A stretch of 64,000 bases of DNA from Hydrolagus colliei (taxonomy: Eukaryota), in contig CM068755.1 of NCBI GenBank assembly GCA_035084275.1, forward strand, positions 12,710,001-12,774,000. Direction: 5' to 3'. The notes below the pieces were generated by a model. It saw only the letters and a program-made list of their open reading frames with translations, did not search any database and was not told where the DNA came from. Positions 39,800 through 53,208 of the stretch are shown here, one piece after another (within the stretch, counting starts at the first letter, position 1; each line of letters starts with the position of its first letter). The position numbers and the translations under genes are program-made.

Positions 39800-40205
39800 G
39801 ATGAAGGCCCCACAATTGGCTCCTGTGAGTGCTTTCACACCTCAGGCACTAGCAGCGTAACCATCCATGGATGCACACTCCACCTCACTGGGCCAGTAGG
39901 GAACCTTGGCATCCTGTTTGAACCACAACTAGACTTTCTATCCCATATCCATGACATGACTCACTCTGTCTTCCCCCACCTCCGCAACATCACCTCTGCC
40001 TCAGCCTTCAGGCTGCCAAAACCCTCATCCGCACATTTAGTACATCTAGGCTCGACTACACCAACTCTTCCCTCCACAGCTGCAAATTATCCAGAACTCC
40101 ATAGTTCAGGTGATCTCCCACACCAGGCTCCGAGACCCTCTCATTCCCACCCTCAATTTGGTTCCACTGGCACCCCGTCCCCCAGAGGATAGAGTTCAAA
40201 ATCAG
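39800..40205 (+). mobile_element. old L2 LINE ORF2 fragment
   Basis: ORF 39773..40192 contains GNLGILFEPQLDFLSHIHDMTHSVFPHLRNI, the L2 RNLGVxFDxxLSFxxHI...FHLRNI motif; frameshifted downstream. Confidence 0.85.
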
Positions 40206-41494
40206 GTTTTCATGACGAATTTGCATGATTTCTGAACAAGATTTCTTACTAAAATAAATCTGAACTCCTGAAGTGAGAATTCCTTCCAGTAAACAGATGT
40301 AGCACATGACAACTTGTGGAAACTCTTCTCCACACTTTATATTTTTGGAGCAAAATTCCTAAGGTCAGCGGGAATTTTTATGTCACAAACAATGCCAATT
40401 AAACCCCATTCAGTCAAAGTGCTTTCGGCAGATGGGTTACAACCATTTTCTTTCCAAGTGTTTTTTTTTAATCTTTAAAAACTGCATTTTTGAAACTTGA
40501 AATATGAAAAACAAATGTTTATTTTCAAATTTCAGCTCATGACTGCGACCCATTAATGCAAATTCAAATTGTATTTTCATAGGGATAATGTTGTGCATTA
40601 AAGTTGCTGTGAAGCTACACAGCGTGGAATAGTATTCCGAATGGCAAAAATGGACTTCACATTTTACTACAAACTCATAAGCAAGTGAGTCTTTAAGGCT
40701 TTATTCATGAGGATAATAAACAGTTCTCTGCTGCAAATACTGTAAGTCCCATTTTAAAGAAGCTTAAACAGACAAAGATCACTGACTTAGATGATTTGAA
40801 ATTTATGAAAATAGGTTAAAAATTGACAGGGAAGAGGAATACTGTGACTACAAAACATATAAATGATTGTTTTGGGAACTGAGCAGACAACGACTTCAAC
40901 ATGAAAAGCTCACTCTGAATGAGTGATGTCATACATTATAGATATTCACAGAAATTACATTGTGAATATAGCTCCTTGCAAAGTCTGGCAGTCCTTACAG
41001 AATCAGTGTGCTTCTTCTGATTTAGAAATAAGCTTCGCTTGATGACGTGGAGTTTAGATGTTAGACAAATCACAAGTAAGAATGTTAACTAAGCATTCAG
41101 AATCTTACATTTCATGACCAATAATTATGTTGGTTCAATCCCCGAAATAAAACGTCTCACATGACAGCGAATTAACACTTCTGGAAATCCAAAGTCCAAG
41201 GGTGATACACTTAAAGATCAGCAGCAAGGAATGTTGTAGGATTTGGTTCAATAACTCAAGTAATTGAATTACATCTCAAACCCTTCAATTGGGGAAGTAA
41301 TGGGAATATGGTGGTCCCTGATCTGCTGGAGTCTTGGCAACACTATACATCTAAAACAACTGGGTATATAGGTGTAGATAGGTACTACAGAATGTTTATG
41401 CTTCGAGAGAAATTTTGCAGAACATTCCCTAAGGAAATGAAATTAATTAGATACACATTATACTGTAGTTCTTCAAACTCCTAATATTCTAACT

Positions 41495-41818
41495 TAACAC
41501 TTCAATGCAGTGTTGGAGGTGCTGGATTGTTGTAGGTACCATCCTTTGGATGAGACATTAAACCGAGATCCCATCTGCCTGTTCCGGTGGACGTTAAAGA
41601 TCCCATGGCACAATTCAAAAAGAGAAAGGTATTTCTGTTGGTGTCCTAGCCCCCATCCCCCAAATTAAATTTGTCATTCACCGTTTGTGGGACATGGTTG
41701 TATGCACATTCATAGCTCCATTCACCCATAAGATACTCCACTTTACAATTTAACCTTGAAGTGCTTTGCAATGTGAAAGGTGCTTTATCAAAGGTAGGGA
41801 TTATTTTTATTTATTATT
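41495..41818 (+). mobile_element. DeuSINE family B (5'-truncated)
   Basis: GGATGAGACATTAAACCGAGATCCCATCTGCCTGTTCCGGTGGACGTTAAAGATCCCATGGCAC, a clear Deu core. Confidence 0.88.
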
Positions 41819-41964
41819 GCTCCTAGTCTGCAGAGGGAACAATCTTGATGAATCAAACATGTATTTTTTTTGTTCTTGCATGTTTTCCTATGTTTTCATG
41901 TTTCTTATTTAAAATGGTCACTTGGGCAAGATAACAGAGTGATTGTGGAAAAGTGCCCATCCAC

Positions 41965-42474
41965 CCAGGAGAGGATGAGAGAACAATTGGCAAGGAAAAA
42001 AACAGACAGGAATTGGAAGAGATTCAAAGAAGAGGAAGAGGAATAATCCCTGGTCTCAAATCAATGAGTTATGAAGAGAAGTCAAGGGAGCTTGATTTAT
42101 TCTCATTAAAAAGCAATAGATTAAACGGGGACATGATCCAAGACTTCAAAACCATGGATATTATCAGTGACGCTGATATAAAGAAATTCCTCGAGAAGAA
42201 CAGAAAGGAACATGATTATAAGCTAATAAAACCTCAAACTAAACATAATGCAAGGAGCAAACACTTCACACAAGTGTTGTTAATTTACAGACTGCCAGCT
42301 CTTGCAGTGAATGCCAACTCATTTGAAACAGTCAAAAAAAACAATAGACAGATTGCCAACTAATTACTGAATAGAGGTCACAGATTTAATGGCAAAGCAA
42401 GAGGGGAATTAGAAAATAGTTTCTATTTGTCCTGAGAGAAACTAAACAATAGCACAATGGCCTCTCTTATTTCC
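41965..42474 (+). mobile_element. CR1 LINE ORF2 C-terminus and 3' UTR
   Basis: ORF 41953..42363 ELEEIQRRGRGIIPGLKSMSYEEKSRELDLFSLKSNRLNGDMIQDFK matches CR1 LERVQRRATRMIPGL..LSYEERL..LGLFSLEKRRLRGDLIEVFK. Confidence 0.9.
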
Positions 42475-43084
42475 TACAACAACAACAAAATCACATTTAT
42501 AGAGCACCTTTCACGTCGGGAGGACGTCCAAGGTGCTGAACAGTTAGGGATCAGGACCTGAGCAAGTGAGAGGGGCAGGGTGGGGGGGAGGGGAGTGAGA
42601 GAGTTGGGAGGGTGGCAGAAGGCACGATCAAAGAGGAGGGTCTTGAGAACGGCAAGGGAAGAAGTAAGGTGAAGGGATTGTGGGATAGATTTCCAGAGTG
42701 TGGGCCGGAGAGTCTGAAAGCCTGACCACCGATGGTAGGGTGGGTCAGGCGGGGGACATGGAGCAGACAAGCTGAACTAAGCTGAACGGAGGGCGCGGGC
42801 AGGTTGATAGGGAGTCAGCAGGTCGGAGAGATAAGAGGGGAGCAGGGCCGTGAATGGCCTTGAAATTGAGAACGAGGATCTTGAATTCGATCCTCTGGGG
42901 GAAGGGGAGCCGATGGAGCCAGGTAAGGGTGGGAGTGATACGGTCGCGGAGCTTAGTGTGGGAGACGACATGAGCTGCAGAGTTCTGGCTATCTGCAGCT
43001 TGTGAAGGGAAGAGCAGGAAGGTCGATGAGGAGGGAGTTTCCATAGTCGAGCCTTGATGTGACAAATGCATGGACAAGGGTTTT
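42475..43084 (-). mobile_element. L2 LINE 3' portion (about 600 bp)
   Basis: Minus-strand ORFs give QNSAAHVVSHTKLRDRITPTLTWLHRLPFPQRIEFKILVLNFKAIHGPAP and PTLWKSIPQSL..LKTLLFDRAF; (AAC)n tail at 42475. Confidence 0.92.
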
Positions 43085-46000
43085 GAGAAGACTTACCTTC
43101 TGATGTTGAATAGAAACATCAGGTAGGATGAACTATGAACAAAGTTTATAAAGTTAGAGCGTGAACTAAAGCAATAGATTTACAGCTAATTGCTTTACAT
43201 TGCTTACCACAAACATGTTCATAAATGGATGACCTTACCTACTGCGTGAAACATCTTTCCTTTTCCAGGAGGCTGCAACTATTTGTCAGCTGCTGAGTTG
43301 CTTCTTGGGTGAAGTGAAAAAAAAGGAACTCCTTATCTTGGCAATACAATCTGGATAGTTATCCCTCCATCTGCAATTCTTCATAGTCTGCTTTAGTGTT
43401 TTGGCTGTATTTGATCCATTATATTGGAACCTCATCTACGCTAACTATATATCAGCACTAATGGGGCAACTTTCATGTCTCAAGTAAATATGGAGTATAA
43501 ACTCTCTTGATTTCAATTAAGGGGCAAATTGTCAAACTATATATAAAATTTTCTAAAGGATTTTTCCATCACTGTCTTTGATAATAGCTGGATGTGTGAA
43601 ACACACCCATTCCTCAAGGAAATCACAAATGGACGTCCACCTTGTAAAGCCCGCTGAAATTAATTGATTGACAACCATTCTGAAAGAACTAGCCCTTTTG
43701 CATGATTTCATAGAAGTTATGTTAGTCACAAGCTATGTTCATGTAAACCTTGCACAATTCATGAAGACACCATTTTCAAAAAGAGGATGAGATGGATATT
43801 GACTTATAACACAATGCCTTGACTTGTGGATTTTTTTAAGCATTAAAAAGTGCTTTAAGGTTCCTCAGAGTGAAAATACATCACAGGCGTAAATCCTCAG
43901 CAAAGGCCCGTTTCACGACTGGAAGTAACAAATCCCTTTACGGAGCTACCAATCATTTGGAAAATAGGGTCCAGTGAAGTAAATATTTGTCACACTTCAC
44001 ACACAGCTGTAGAAGTAATGTCACACGGGGTTTATGAATTTAAGGTTATAAATTTTATGTACAAGACCTTTCTGGCTGCAATACTCTTTTTAAAAAAAAT
44101 CAGGAACTGTTTACTTGTGATATTTTGTGAACAATACTCGACAGGAACAAAAATTAAACGGGAGTACAAAACACAGCAAACATTAGGGTTCATCTTTCAA
44201 ATGCCAATCCTCCTCGATAACGAAATTGTGGAGATTTGAGCAGGAGATTGATTTGATAAGGAGAGCATTGGTCAGGAGGAATATGAATACCAACTATTTA
44301 ATACACACTATTAATGGTCAAGTGATAAGTAAAAGGATGTCAAGTTGTGTCTTGCAATGGTGAACCGAATCCCATGCTGACTGCACCTTTATCTGTATTG
44401 GTTCAAGGCTAATTTGAGCATTCATCCTCCATATACAGCACAGCAAGAACATAAACTCATTGCTCTATGCGAATGATTCCCTTTGTAGGAATCTATCTTC
44501 CGCCTATCTTCCTCTCATAAGTTTTGGATTATGTACAGTAATTTGGCCATTGATAAATAGTCCGAGAACTGATCGGTGGTTAAAAATGTGTAGGAACCAG
44601 GCCTAAAATGAGTTCACTTTGCATCACTCATGCACGGCTTCAAGATCACTTAGTAGGAGAAGGAGGATGGAAGCTCATTTGGAATTTTCAACCTTCTGTC
44701 ACAAATGCTACTTTCAGAATTGGTCAAAGAGTGAAGCCTCCAGTTACCTATGGGAGGTTAATGTTTGACGAGATAAAGTGGTACAGTTCAAGCTGAGAAT
44801 AAAATCAAAGTCTTCTATAATGTAGGTGCTCCCTCAAAATAAGGCAGCAGTTTTGATAATGCTGAGGGCAGCTGATTACTGTACTGACTTTTATACTGAG
44901 ACAATTTACGGTTGCAAACAGCTTTGCCTCAGGCATAAGATCTGCTGTGCTGTAATGGGACTAGTTTGTTGACTGTCAAGCTAATGGAGAAACTGGTTGC
45001 AGAGGACCACAGTGCTGTAAATAGTTCAGTTAATTAGAAGCTTCATCAGATGTAGATGACGGCTTTACATCTGCCTTTAAGTTGTACAACTTTCTCAGAA
45101 AAGATACGCTCTGAAGCTTAAGTATTAATATGCTGTAACATCATTTTGTTTAGGCCTGAGGATTATGATAGCATTATAGGGGAATAACAATTATAGATTT
45201 TGTTCTGATTCAGCAGTTGCAAAAATGAATATAATTAGCTGCCAGTGCAATACTGGAAAAAGTAATTGACTGTTTGGGAGGTATTTTCCCCGTTTAAATC
45301 AATTTTAAGGTTTAATCGGACTTTGTGAAACATTTCTGGTCACTTGTACCTTATGTAAAAATAGTTACGTTAAAAGTATGTTTGCCAATGCTTAACATAT
45401 TTCCTGAGTAATTATGGATTTACAAACCCATGGAAAAGCTGCATTTGTAGCTATAGAAATATATCATTTGCTCAGCTCAATAAGACATGTGGCTGAATAC
45501 ATGCCTTCTGTGCATTCTGGGGAAATCTATTCCATGCATCGTATGGTGTGGGAGATAGGGCTGACAAGAGATATTGTTTGCTAGTGTTTGGTTTTGGAAA
45601 GTTTTATATATTTCTATTCAGAAACTTGGTAAAATAGTAACTCCACTTGTACAACAATCTAAAAACTACTATATAAACGTAAGATGTTTCTTGATAAGTA
45701 GCAAAAGTTATAGAGGAACATACTTCCTTGAGAATAACAGAAGACAGAACAAAGCAGTAGTGTTTTGTGACCTTTCTATGTCATGTGGCATGCTGGGTCC
45801 CTTTACTCTCCTGGCTCAGAGAAAATACTAAAATCAAATGTCAGCATGCTTCAAGCTTTTCTGTACATTCCAACACACATTCCTCTATCCAGTTTAGCCA
45901 TCTTAACTCACATTCTTGCTTGTTAAATAGGTTCAGTGAAAGAATAGAGCTCATGTCCATAGATTAAAACGAAGCATGTGTTTCCTGTAATATTGCCCAT

Positions 46001-46139
46001 TCAAGATAATTTGCATTATCTTGTTATTAATTGAATATTGCAGACTGCCTGGAGAGCAAAGGTACCACCTAATGCAGTAATAGACTGGACACACCAGAAA
46101 GTCACAAATTGGAATTTTTGTCTGTAGTGAATTAGTTAA

Positions 46140-46600
46140 TCTCATCAGAAACAGCAGTTGGAACACTACAATTAGCCTCAGGTTAAGGGGTGTGGGTGCA
46201 TATGCTTGTAGGTAGGAGGGTAGGACCTAGAATTTGCCAGGATCCTGCTTCAGATCCTGCTTCGGTTCCTGCTTCTGATCGCTATTGAGAGATGAGTGGA
46301 ATGTTCACAAGTGTTAATCTCAAGTGAGGACAGAATTCAGCTCGGCCACAGTCAAAATTTTAAAAGAGAGGTAGACATTTATTTGGGGAGGAAGGGTTTG
46401 CACGGTTATGGGGAGAGAGCTAGGGAGTGGGATTGAATTGCTCTTTTCAAAGAACCGGCACAGACTCGATGGGCCAAATGGCCTTTTTTTGTGCCGTAAG
46501 ATTCTATGATTCTATTCCATGAAAATAGACAGCCACCATTCAGTGTCCAGACTGACCCATGCTAAACAGTCACTTGGATGAGGATCTGAACATGAAATCA
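46140..46600 (+). mobile_element. SINE-like family C copy split by a CR1 3' end (46352-46517)
   Basis: GGTTCCTGCTTCTGATCGCTAT..GTGAGGACAG before, and CAGTCACTTGGATGAGG after, a CR1 terminus (GAACCGGCACAGACTCGATGGGCCAAATGGCC..GATTCTATGATTCTAT). Confidence 0.65.
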
Positions 46601-47409
46601 TACCATATGAGTTGTGAATTCAGCGAAACTGCAGTGTCAAACATTTGAAGCATCCTAGTTTGAGTTTGGGTCTTGGAGACATTTAGCTTCACAAACAAAA
46701 CTGTGGATTTATTTGTAAAGTTATAGGTGAAACACAAGAATTACGAGAAGTCAGAGCAGACATGTGGAGATGGACGAATATTCTGAGGATGTGCTTAATT
46801 TCCTTTGGTGGTAATTAATGCAGGATTTTCCACCAATAAATTGTTGAGTGTGTGACCTTCATAACAGGATAAGTATTCTATTATCTATGGAAGAAATAGT
46901 TTTAATAATCCAATAGTCCTTTCTTGTTCTGTACATTTTTCTTATGAGTTAATATATGACTAAGACATGTATATTTGCATTTATTATCAAATACAGTTGT
47001 TGTCTAAAACTGTGCATTTTAAATGAAATGAATAATGCTCCTGAGAAATAAGTGATCTCACTGCTACTTAATATAACAATTTTAATAAATAGAAGCAAAT
47101 GCCATACCCTCAGATTTTAATGTAAATGACTCTTTTCATTTCATCTACAATTCTAATTTGTATCTGTGTTATTCTATAAAGCTGTATACTGGAGCAGAAA
47201 CGACTAACTGAAATTATCCAACCTGCACATCAATTTCTCTTATGTATTTCCACTTTATTACAGTCTTCAAAATGATTGAGGAATGAAAGCAGATGACAGT
47301 GCAGTGGTCCCAAAGCAACGTTCATCATTACCTGTGGAAATGCAGCTGATTTGTGTGCTGCAAGAAACTGCATAGAACATTTTTCAGTACATAGAGCATT
47401 TATAAGGGT

Positions 47410-47692
47410 AATAAAATATTTTCATTTGATATAATGCCTTATCATATTGTCGAAACATCTCAAAGCATTTCACAGGATTTACTGGAGAGTGTAGTAACTG
47501 CATATTGTGTAGATAATGTGGGGAGAAACTCCTATCTCTTTTCAAATCACGCCATAGGATGTTTAATAGCAATCTGACACGGTAGATGGGAATTTGTTTT
47601 AATGTATCATCCGAAGGACAATGCAGCACTGATGGGACTTAAACCCACAACCTTGTGACTCAGAGACAAGAGTACAACCAACTGAGCCAGTC
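47410..47692 (-). mobile_element. DeuSINE family B with internal deletions
   Basis: Tail CATCTCAAAGCATTTCACAGG, Deu segment TCATCCGAAGGAC, head AAACCCACAACCTTGTGACTCAGAG..ACCAACTGAGCCA. Confidence 0.82.
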
Positions 47693-48574
47693 CAACATCT
47701 TGGGAAGTGTGGAGTTATAACTGTTTTAAACTAGGTTCAATTATCATTTTGGAAAATTGATCAACTCGAAGAGCCCTTCAGCACTTTAGGGGCATGAGAA
47801 CAGTACATATTTGAGAAAAGTATTATAGTCTGAGGAAACAGCTGTGCCTCTACCAATAAATAGAATAAAGAAAAAGTTCGGAAAAGTAAATGTTTATAAT
47901 TCAGTTCTAATGCAATCAGTAGCAGTGAGATCACCAGTATGAATTAATCCATTTTCTTGGAATGCATTGAAGATTAACTATTTCTAATCCTACAGAACGA
48001 GCAGCTAGTTTGGATTGAAAGCTCCAGTTTGCTTTTTTTGCTAGCTTATTTTGGCTGTACATAAAACTAAATCTACTTAACACTGTTCAAACATACCACA
48101 GCCTGAGTAGGGCAGTAATTCACGACAATTTGTAATGCTAGTTGCTTTTGATCTAAATGTGCGCAAAGACCATTTGGACTAGAAACAAGAAAAATAATAG
48201 TCATTCCAGAAGAGAAATGAGCAACAGCTTTTTGCTTTTGCTCACTAATTGCCCTATTGTATTATTTAAAATACTAAAATATTAAAATACAATTATTAAA
48301 GATAATATTAAAATATCAAACTACCATTATAGTATCATCTATCCTTCTTTAGAAATATTTTGAAATTAATTTTAAGATGATATTAGGAGGTAAAATGCAA
48401 AATGTGATGTTATCGTATACTACAATCCCCATTCCTACCCCCGCTCGTATTTATTTGTTTAATTAATCATTGTAATCCATCTACGAGTCCGAAAAATCTG
48501 CAGTTTGGGCTTTCATATGCTTGCCAAGATAAAAGATCTTAAGGATGGGAGTGGATTTTTTTTCGTGCATGCAC

Positions 48575-48975
48575 TGTCAGAATCAAACATCTCCCAGGTC
48601 AAGTAGAGAATGAGGCAGATGCTGAGTAAAAATCCCTCTACTCTGCCCCCAGTTGTGCTCTTTAACCCTAACCTCAGAGGATTCACCACCACTGCACCAA
48701 TGTGACACTTCGATTTCCCACATCAGCCATTCTTGTGTCCTTTCTGAGCGCGACTGACAATTTAGTGCTAATTAGTGCTGAATTATGGACAGTTTTGTGC
48801 TGTAGTCTCATGCTCACTAAGGATTGGCTTGAGACCACCTAAAATAATTTCATTTAGAACTCTTGAAATAAGCAGAGAGGGAGAGAGAGATGGGGTTTTC
48901 TCAACAGTGTTGAATGGATTTCAGCCAAGTCCCAGAGATGAAAAAAGCATTGTGCTATTCAACTGTGACATACAT
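48575..48975 (-). mobile_element. LF-SINE-like element, near full length
   Basis: Minus strand reads ..TTTCATCTCTGGGACTTGGCTGAAATCCA.. (head), TGAAAT..GGTGGTCTCAAGCCAATCCTTAGTG..CACAAAACTGTCCATAATTCAGCACTAATTAGCAC.., then GAGGTTAGGGTT..GCACAACTGGGGGCAG; collinear with the LF-SINE consensus as I recall it. Confidence 0.7.
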
Positions 48976-50599
48976 TTCTGTAAATTTTATTTGGATTTTA
49001 TTCTAACAATTAACATTCTGAAACAAGTGCATCAGTTGCAAAGAAAAAAAATGTAAAGTTAGAGCCTGTAGTAATTTGCATTTGTTTAGTTCCTTTCACA
49101 TAGGGTAACATCTCAAAAGCAATTTACAGAGATAGTACTGGTAACTAAGCAAGAAGGATAGGAGAAGCAGTAGGAAGGAGGAGGACAGTAGGCACAGTCA
49201 TATAAGTAGGATGCTTTTAGAGAGAGATAGAAAGAGGATGAGGCAGGGGAAGTTAGAAAGAAGTTCCAAAATTAAATATGATTATCATCATTAACTGCTC
49301 CTCCCAGTTTATTGCACTTTGTGAAATATTTACAAGTTGCTAGCTTGGCTCAGTTAAACTGTGATTACTTTTTACTATGCATAATTTTCTTGTGTTTTTG
49401 TTATCTCCATCCATTACAAGACTTCTCATAATGAATGGGATAATCTTATGAGCTCTAGTAATACTAGTGTCTGAGTTCTGATAATGACATAGGTTGAGTG
49501 AATTCACTCCTGCCTCCAAAGGATGAATTTTGTATTTCCACTTTGAGTTGGTGTTTTGGCTGGGATCTCATTGGAAAGTGAAGTTGCTGTTTATGACACA
49601 GAAACATGAAGGATTACATGTATAGTTTTGCCAAGCACATGCAAGCAAACTTAATGTTAGTGTTTGACACAGTACGAATGAGGCCACATGACAAACTGAA
49701 ATAGGATTAGTAAAATACCCCACCCTTTCCAACAGTGCATTATCTTGATCAACAGACAGATTGTAAGAAATTTGGTGCAAAACTTGAAACTTGATCTTAG
49801 GGAAAAGGGAATTGCGGGGGTTAGGAAAGGGGAATAGAAGAGGTGGAGGCTTGTGTGAAGTTTAAACACGTCTCGGAGGAAACAAGCCATTTCTGAGGCC
49901 AAATCATTACATGCAATCACTGTATACCTGTGGAAGCAGTATGAATAAATACATGAAATTACTTTGCCTTTTATTATCATGAAGTTTGGTAAAGTGGCGA
50001 CAAAGGGAAAGGGGTTATATGCATATACTATATTCATTTATTTGAAACAATGATAAATATTTTGCAGGTGAGGAAAACTAGAATCCTATAAAGGGTGATG
50101 GTGGTGGGTGGGGGGCTGAAAAATATAATAAGAGCCATTCAGTTTATTCACAATGTTATAATAAGCTGAAAGGAATGAATTCTGCTGTTATACTATGAGA
50201 CTTAGTTAATGTGAATAAAACATAAAGCTGCTAAAAATGCAGTGGAGTTTTACATGCGAGTCAGAGCTGATGGAAAATAAGATAAAGCCATTTGGATTTT
50301 ATTATTTCATTTGCTGTGACCTGGGCACCATGTGATTTGAGAACATATTTCATATGTTTTCAGCTGGTCCTCGACGACATGCATTTTGATGCAGTTAAAT
50401 AGACCAGATCAGCTGCAACAACCTATCAAGAGCATGTTAAAGATGGAATGCATAACCTATCGAAGAACCTCATTGTCCAGCAGGAGTCTAGGAAGCATCT
50501 CACAGCCTGATGCTGCGTAGTCCAGTGAAGTGAAAGGAACGCGGCAGAAAGCGTAATCTACACAGCGCAAAACAATTTGCGGCCAACAGATAGACAGTC

Positions 50600-50690
50600 C
50601 TTACACTTTACACTAAAATCTTCTGGGGCTCTTTGAGACATTTTGATGTGATATCGTGCAATATCAAATGCAAGGGTTGTTGTTATAATC
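50600..50690 (+). mobile_element. SINE 3' tail fragment
   Basis: CTTTGAGACATTTTGATGTGATA..ATATCAAATGCAAGGG(TTG)n. Confidence 0.65.
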
Positions 50691-51984
50691 TCTGAATCCT
50701 GCTATTATGGAACATCCTGGTACACTTCTTCAAGTAAGGGCGTTTGTTAATACAAAACCACATGATAGATGAACGTATGTCACAAAAGAGGCACATGATT
50801 TCATTTTAGGTTAGTGATACCATGTTATATCAGATGTTGTGAAAATATAAATAATCCTTATGATGCACCACCAACAAGCCACTCACAGCAAGCAAATCCA
50901 CATCTGATGAATATATCAAAGTACTCTACTGTATATCAAATAGCACTCAACCAGAAAAACCCATTCAAGCCATCAAAGTGCTCCGTCAACAGTCAAAACG
51001 TCCCAAAACAGCCCCCAAAAATGCAGATTAATAAAGCCTTTTACCACATGTAAAACTCATTTATTCAGAAGTTAAAAAAAAGCTTGAAAACCTGAGTATA
51101 ATTCCATATACATAATATGACTTATATCAATATCTTCATCATTACTGTAGTTACTGTAGTCATTACTAAGTGACTGCCACATTATAAGGTTATTTATGAA
51201 TAAATTTCATTTATTTGTTTTGTTGGAGGCAAATATATGCAACTGTTGCAAAGGACATCTGAAACATGTTAATGACAATGTTGTGTTTTTGATTATTTGA
51301 AACTTGACTATAAAACAAAGGCGTCCCTGTCTATGTAAGGGTAGATTCTCATCTTTCATTCAGAAGCATGGTCTCTATATTTTACCAAAATGTTCATCAT
51401 CTTCAGAACTAAATCAGTGGCACTTGGGAAAAATAAATTTTGCAATCTGGTGTAACCAATGTAATTGAACAAAATTAGAGGCAAAAACACAGAGTTCATC
51501 TGAAACAAGTTACAATGCAAAAGGATTTGGTTCTCAGAGCTGCAACTTCCTGTGCCCTGTGTTCTGTTTAAAGTTAAATCAAACAATATCCTTTTAACAA
51601 ATCTCAGACCTCCAACAAAGTTTTGATGAACAAGACAGTGCCCTCTGGCACATGAGTAAGTGCGGAAGGTTAGTATCTACAAAACAGAGGAGACAGTTTT
51701 CTACAACATTTTGATTTGATAAAGATGGGCCATTAAGTGAGGTAAACCACCATACAAGCTTCTCAGGCTTGGCACTATCTCTGATAAAGTTGTCAAATGT
51801 TTCTTTTACAATTGCGATACCAATATCTGAATGTTTATGGCTTTACTGGGGAGAAATTCCATTGGCTCTAGATTAGCCCTATTTTCTTAGCATTTCACAG
51901 AATCAAGATTTTGGCAAATTGTTGAACATAGTCTTAACTTTGAAGCCTGTTTATTTTTGCCAACAATCCTCCTACCTAATTGTT

Positions 51985-52135
51985 TATTTCAACTCGTGCC
52001 TGTTTGGGGGACATTGCTGTGCACAAATTTGTTGCTGTGTTCACTTGCAAACATACAGGAGTCCATTTAACATTAATTACCCGAAAGTACTTTGAAACAT
52101 TTCAGCATTATAGGTGCAGTATCAAATGGAAGATT
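51985..52135 (+). mobile_element. DeuSINE 3' half
   Basis: CTGTTTGGGGGACATTGCTGTGCACAAATTTGTTGCTG. Confidence 0.7.
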
Positions 52136-53208
52136 GGTATCTATTTTGATCTTGGATTCCTTGTCTATGGCACTGTGAGAAGCATTATAACTGGCAGCTC
52201 AGATGGATAATAGCAAGCAGCACCAAGAATAACATGAAGTGCTGAGTAATTACATGAAAAGGCTTTATGTTAAATATGCTTGATTTATAAACACAGTAAC
52301 ATAATAAATGATATAACAGTTTCTTCCTTGACTCCAGGGTCTATTACGTAAAAAAAAGAATATTGTCAAAACAATTACGTATACGTGAACAGGATATTAA
52401 GTAAATGTGATTCTTTTGTGAATTATGGCATGAGTCCAAAAAGAATATACTGCAGCTTCATAACATCACCCATTCAAGGTGCTATTTACACTTGTGATTT
52501 CTCAGTGTGTATTAAGCCAAGCTTTTGAATTAAGAGACAATAGCTCCAGATTCTGCTCAGCGATATAGCAGTTTTGTATATTTGCCAGAAGTGTCCTCTA
52601 TAGAAAATGTACATATTCTTGTAAGCCTTCCATCAGCCTGGTCAAATGGTTTTACCCTGCATTTTGCTGTAGTTTTGTACATAGCAACTGAGACATACGA
52701 TGATTGGAATACGAAACGCTACTTTGGGACAGTTGAGGTTTAGGAGGCACATGGCTTGCTCATTAAAAACAGGTGTAAAGGCAGAGTTAGAAATGCTCTA
52801 AATTCACCAGCATCACATCAGTACCAGCGGCACAAAAAGTTTTTTTGTTAAAGTCAAACAGCTGATTTCAATAATCTAGCGGAGGGGGTGGGGGAGGAAG
52901 ATAAATTTTACTTAGATCTAGATTTGCTTTATTTCAAAGAGTGCAGATTGATGAATTCTGACGGTGATTTTCCTGTAGTTTCTTAAAAGAACTTAAAGAA
53001 ATCCCTCTTTTAGAATTAAGGCTGGATTTTTGAATTTACCGAACTCTGGATACACTGAAATGCTCAGTAAATGTGGACCAAGGAAGAATTTCTCCCCAAT
53101 GCGGGGTGGGGCGGGGGGAGGGGCATCTTTGAAGATGTGCTTTTCTTAGAGTGATCAGTTCTAAAATAACACCAAGCACTTTAATGGATTGCTGAATGTT
53201 GAAGTGCT

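Noticed and set aside
43099-43167. Minus-strand exon ending at AAG|GTAAGT
   Set aside because: Open frame SRSNFINFVHSSSYLMFLFNIR is not protein-like and the acceptor is weak
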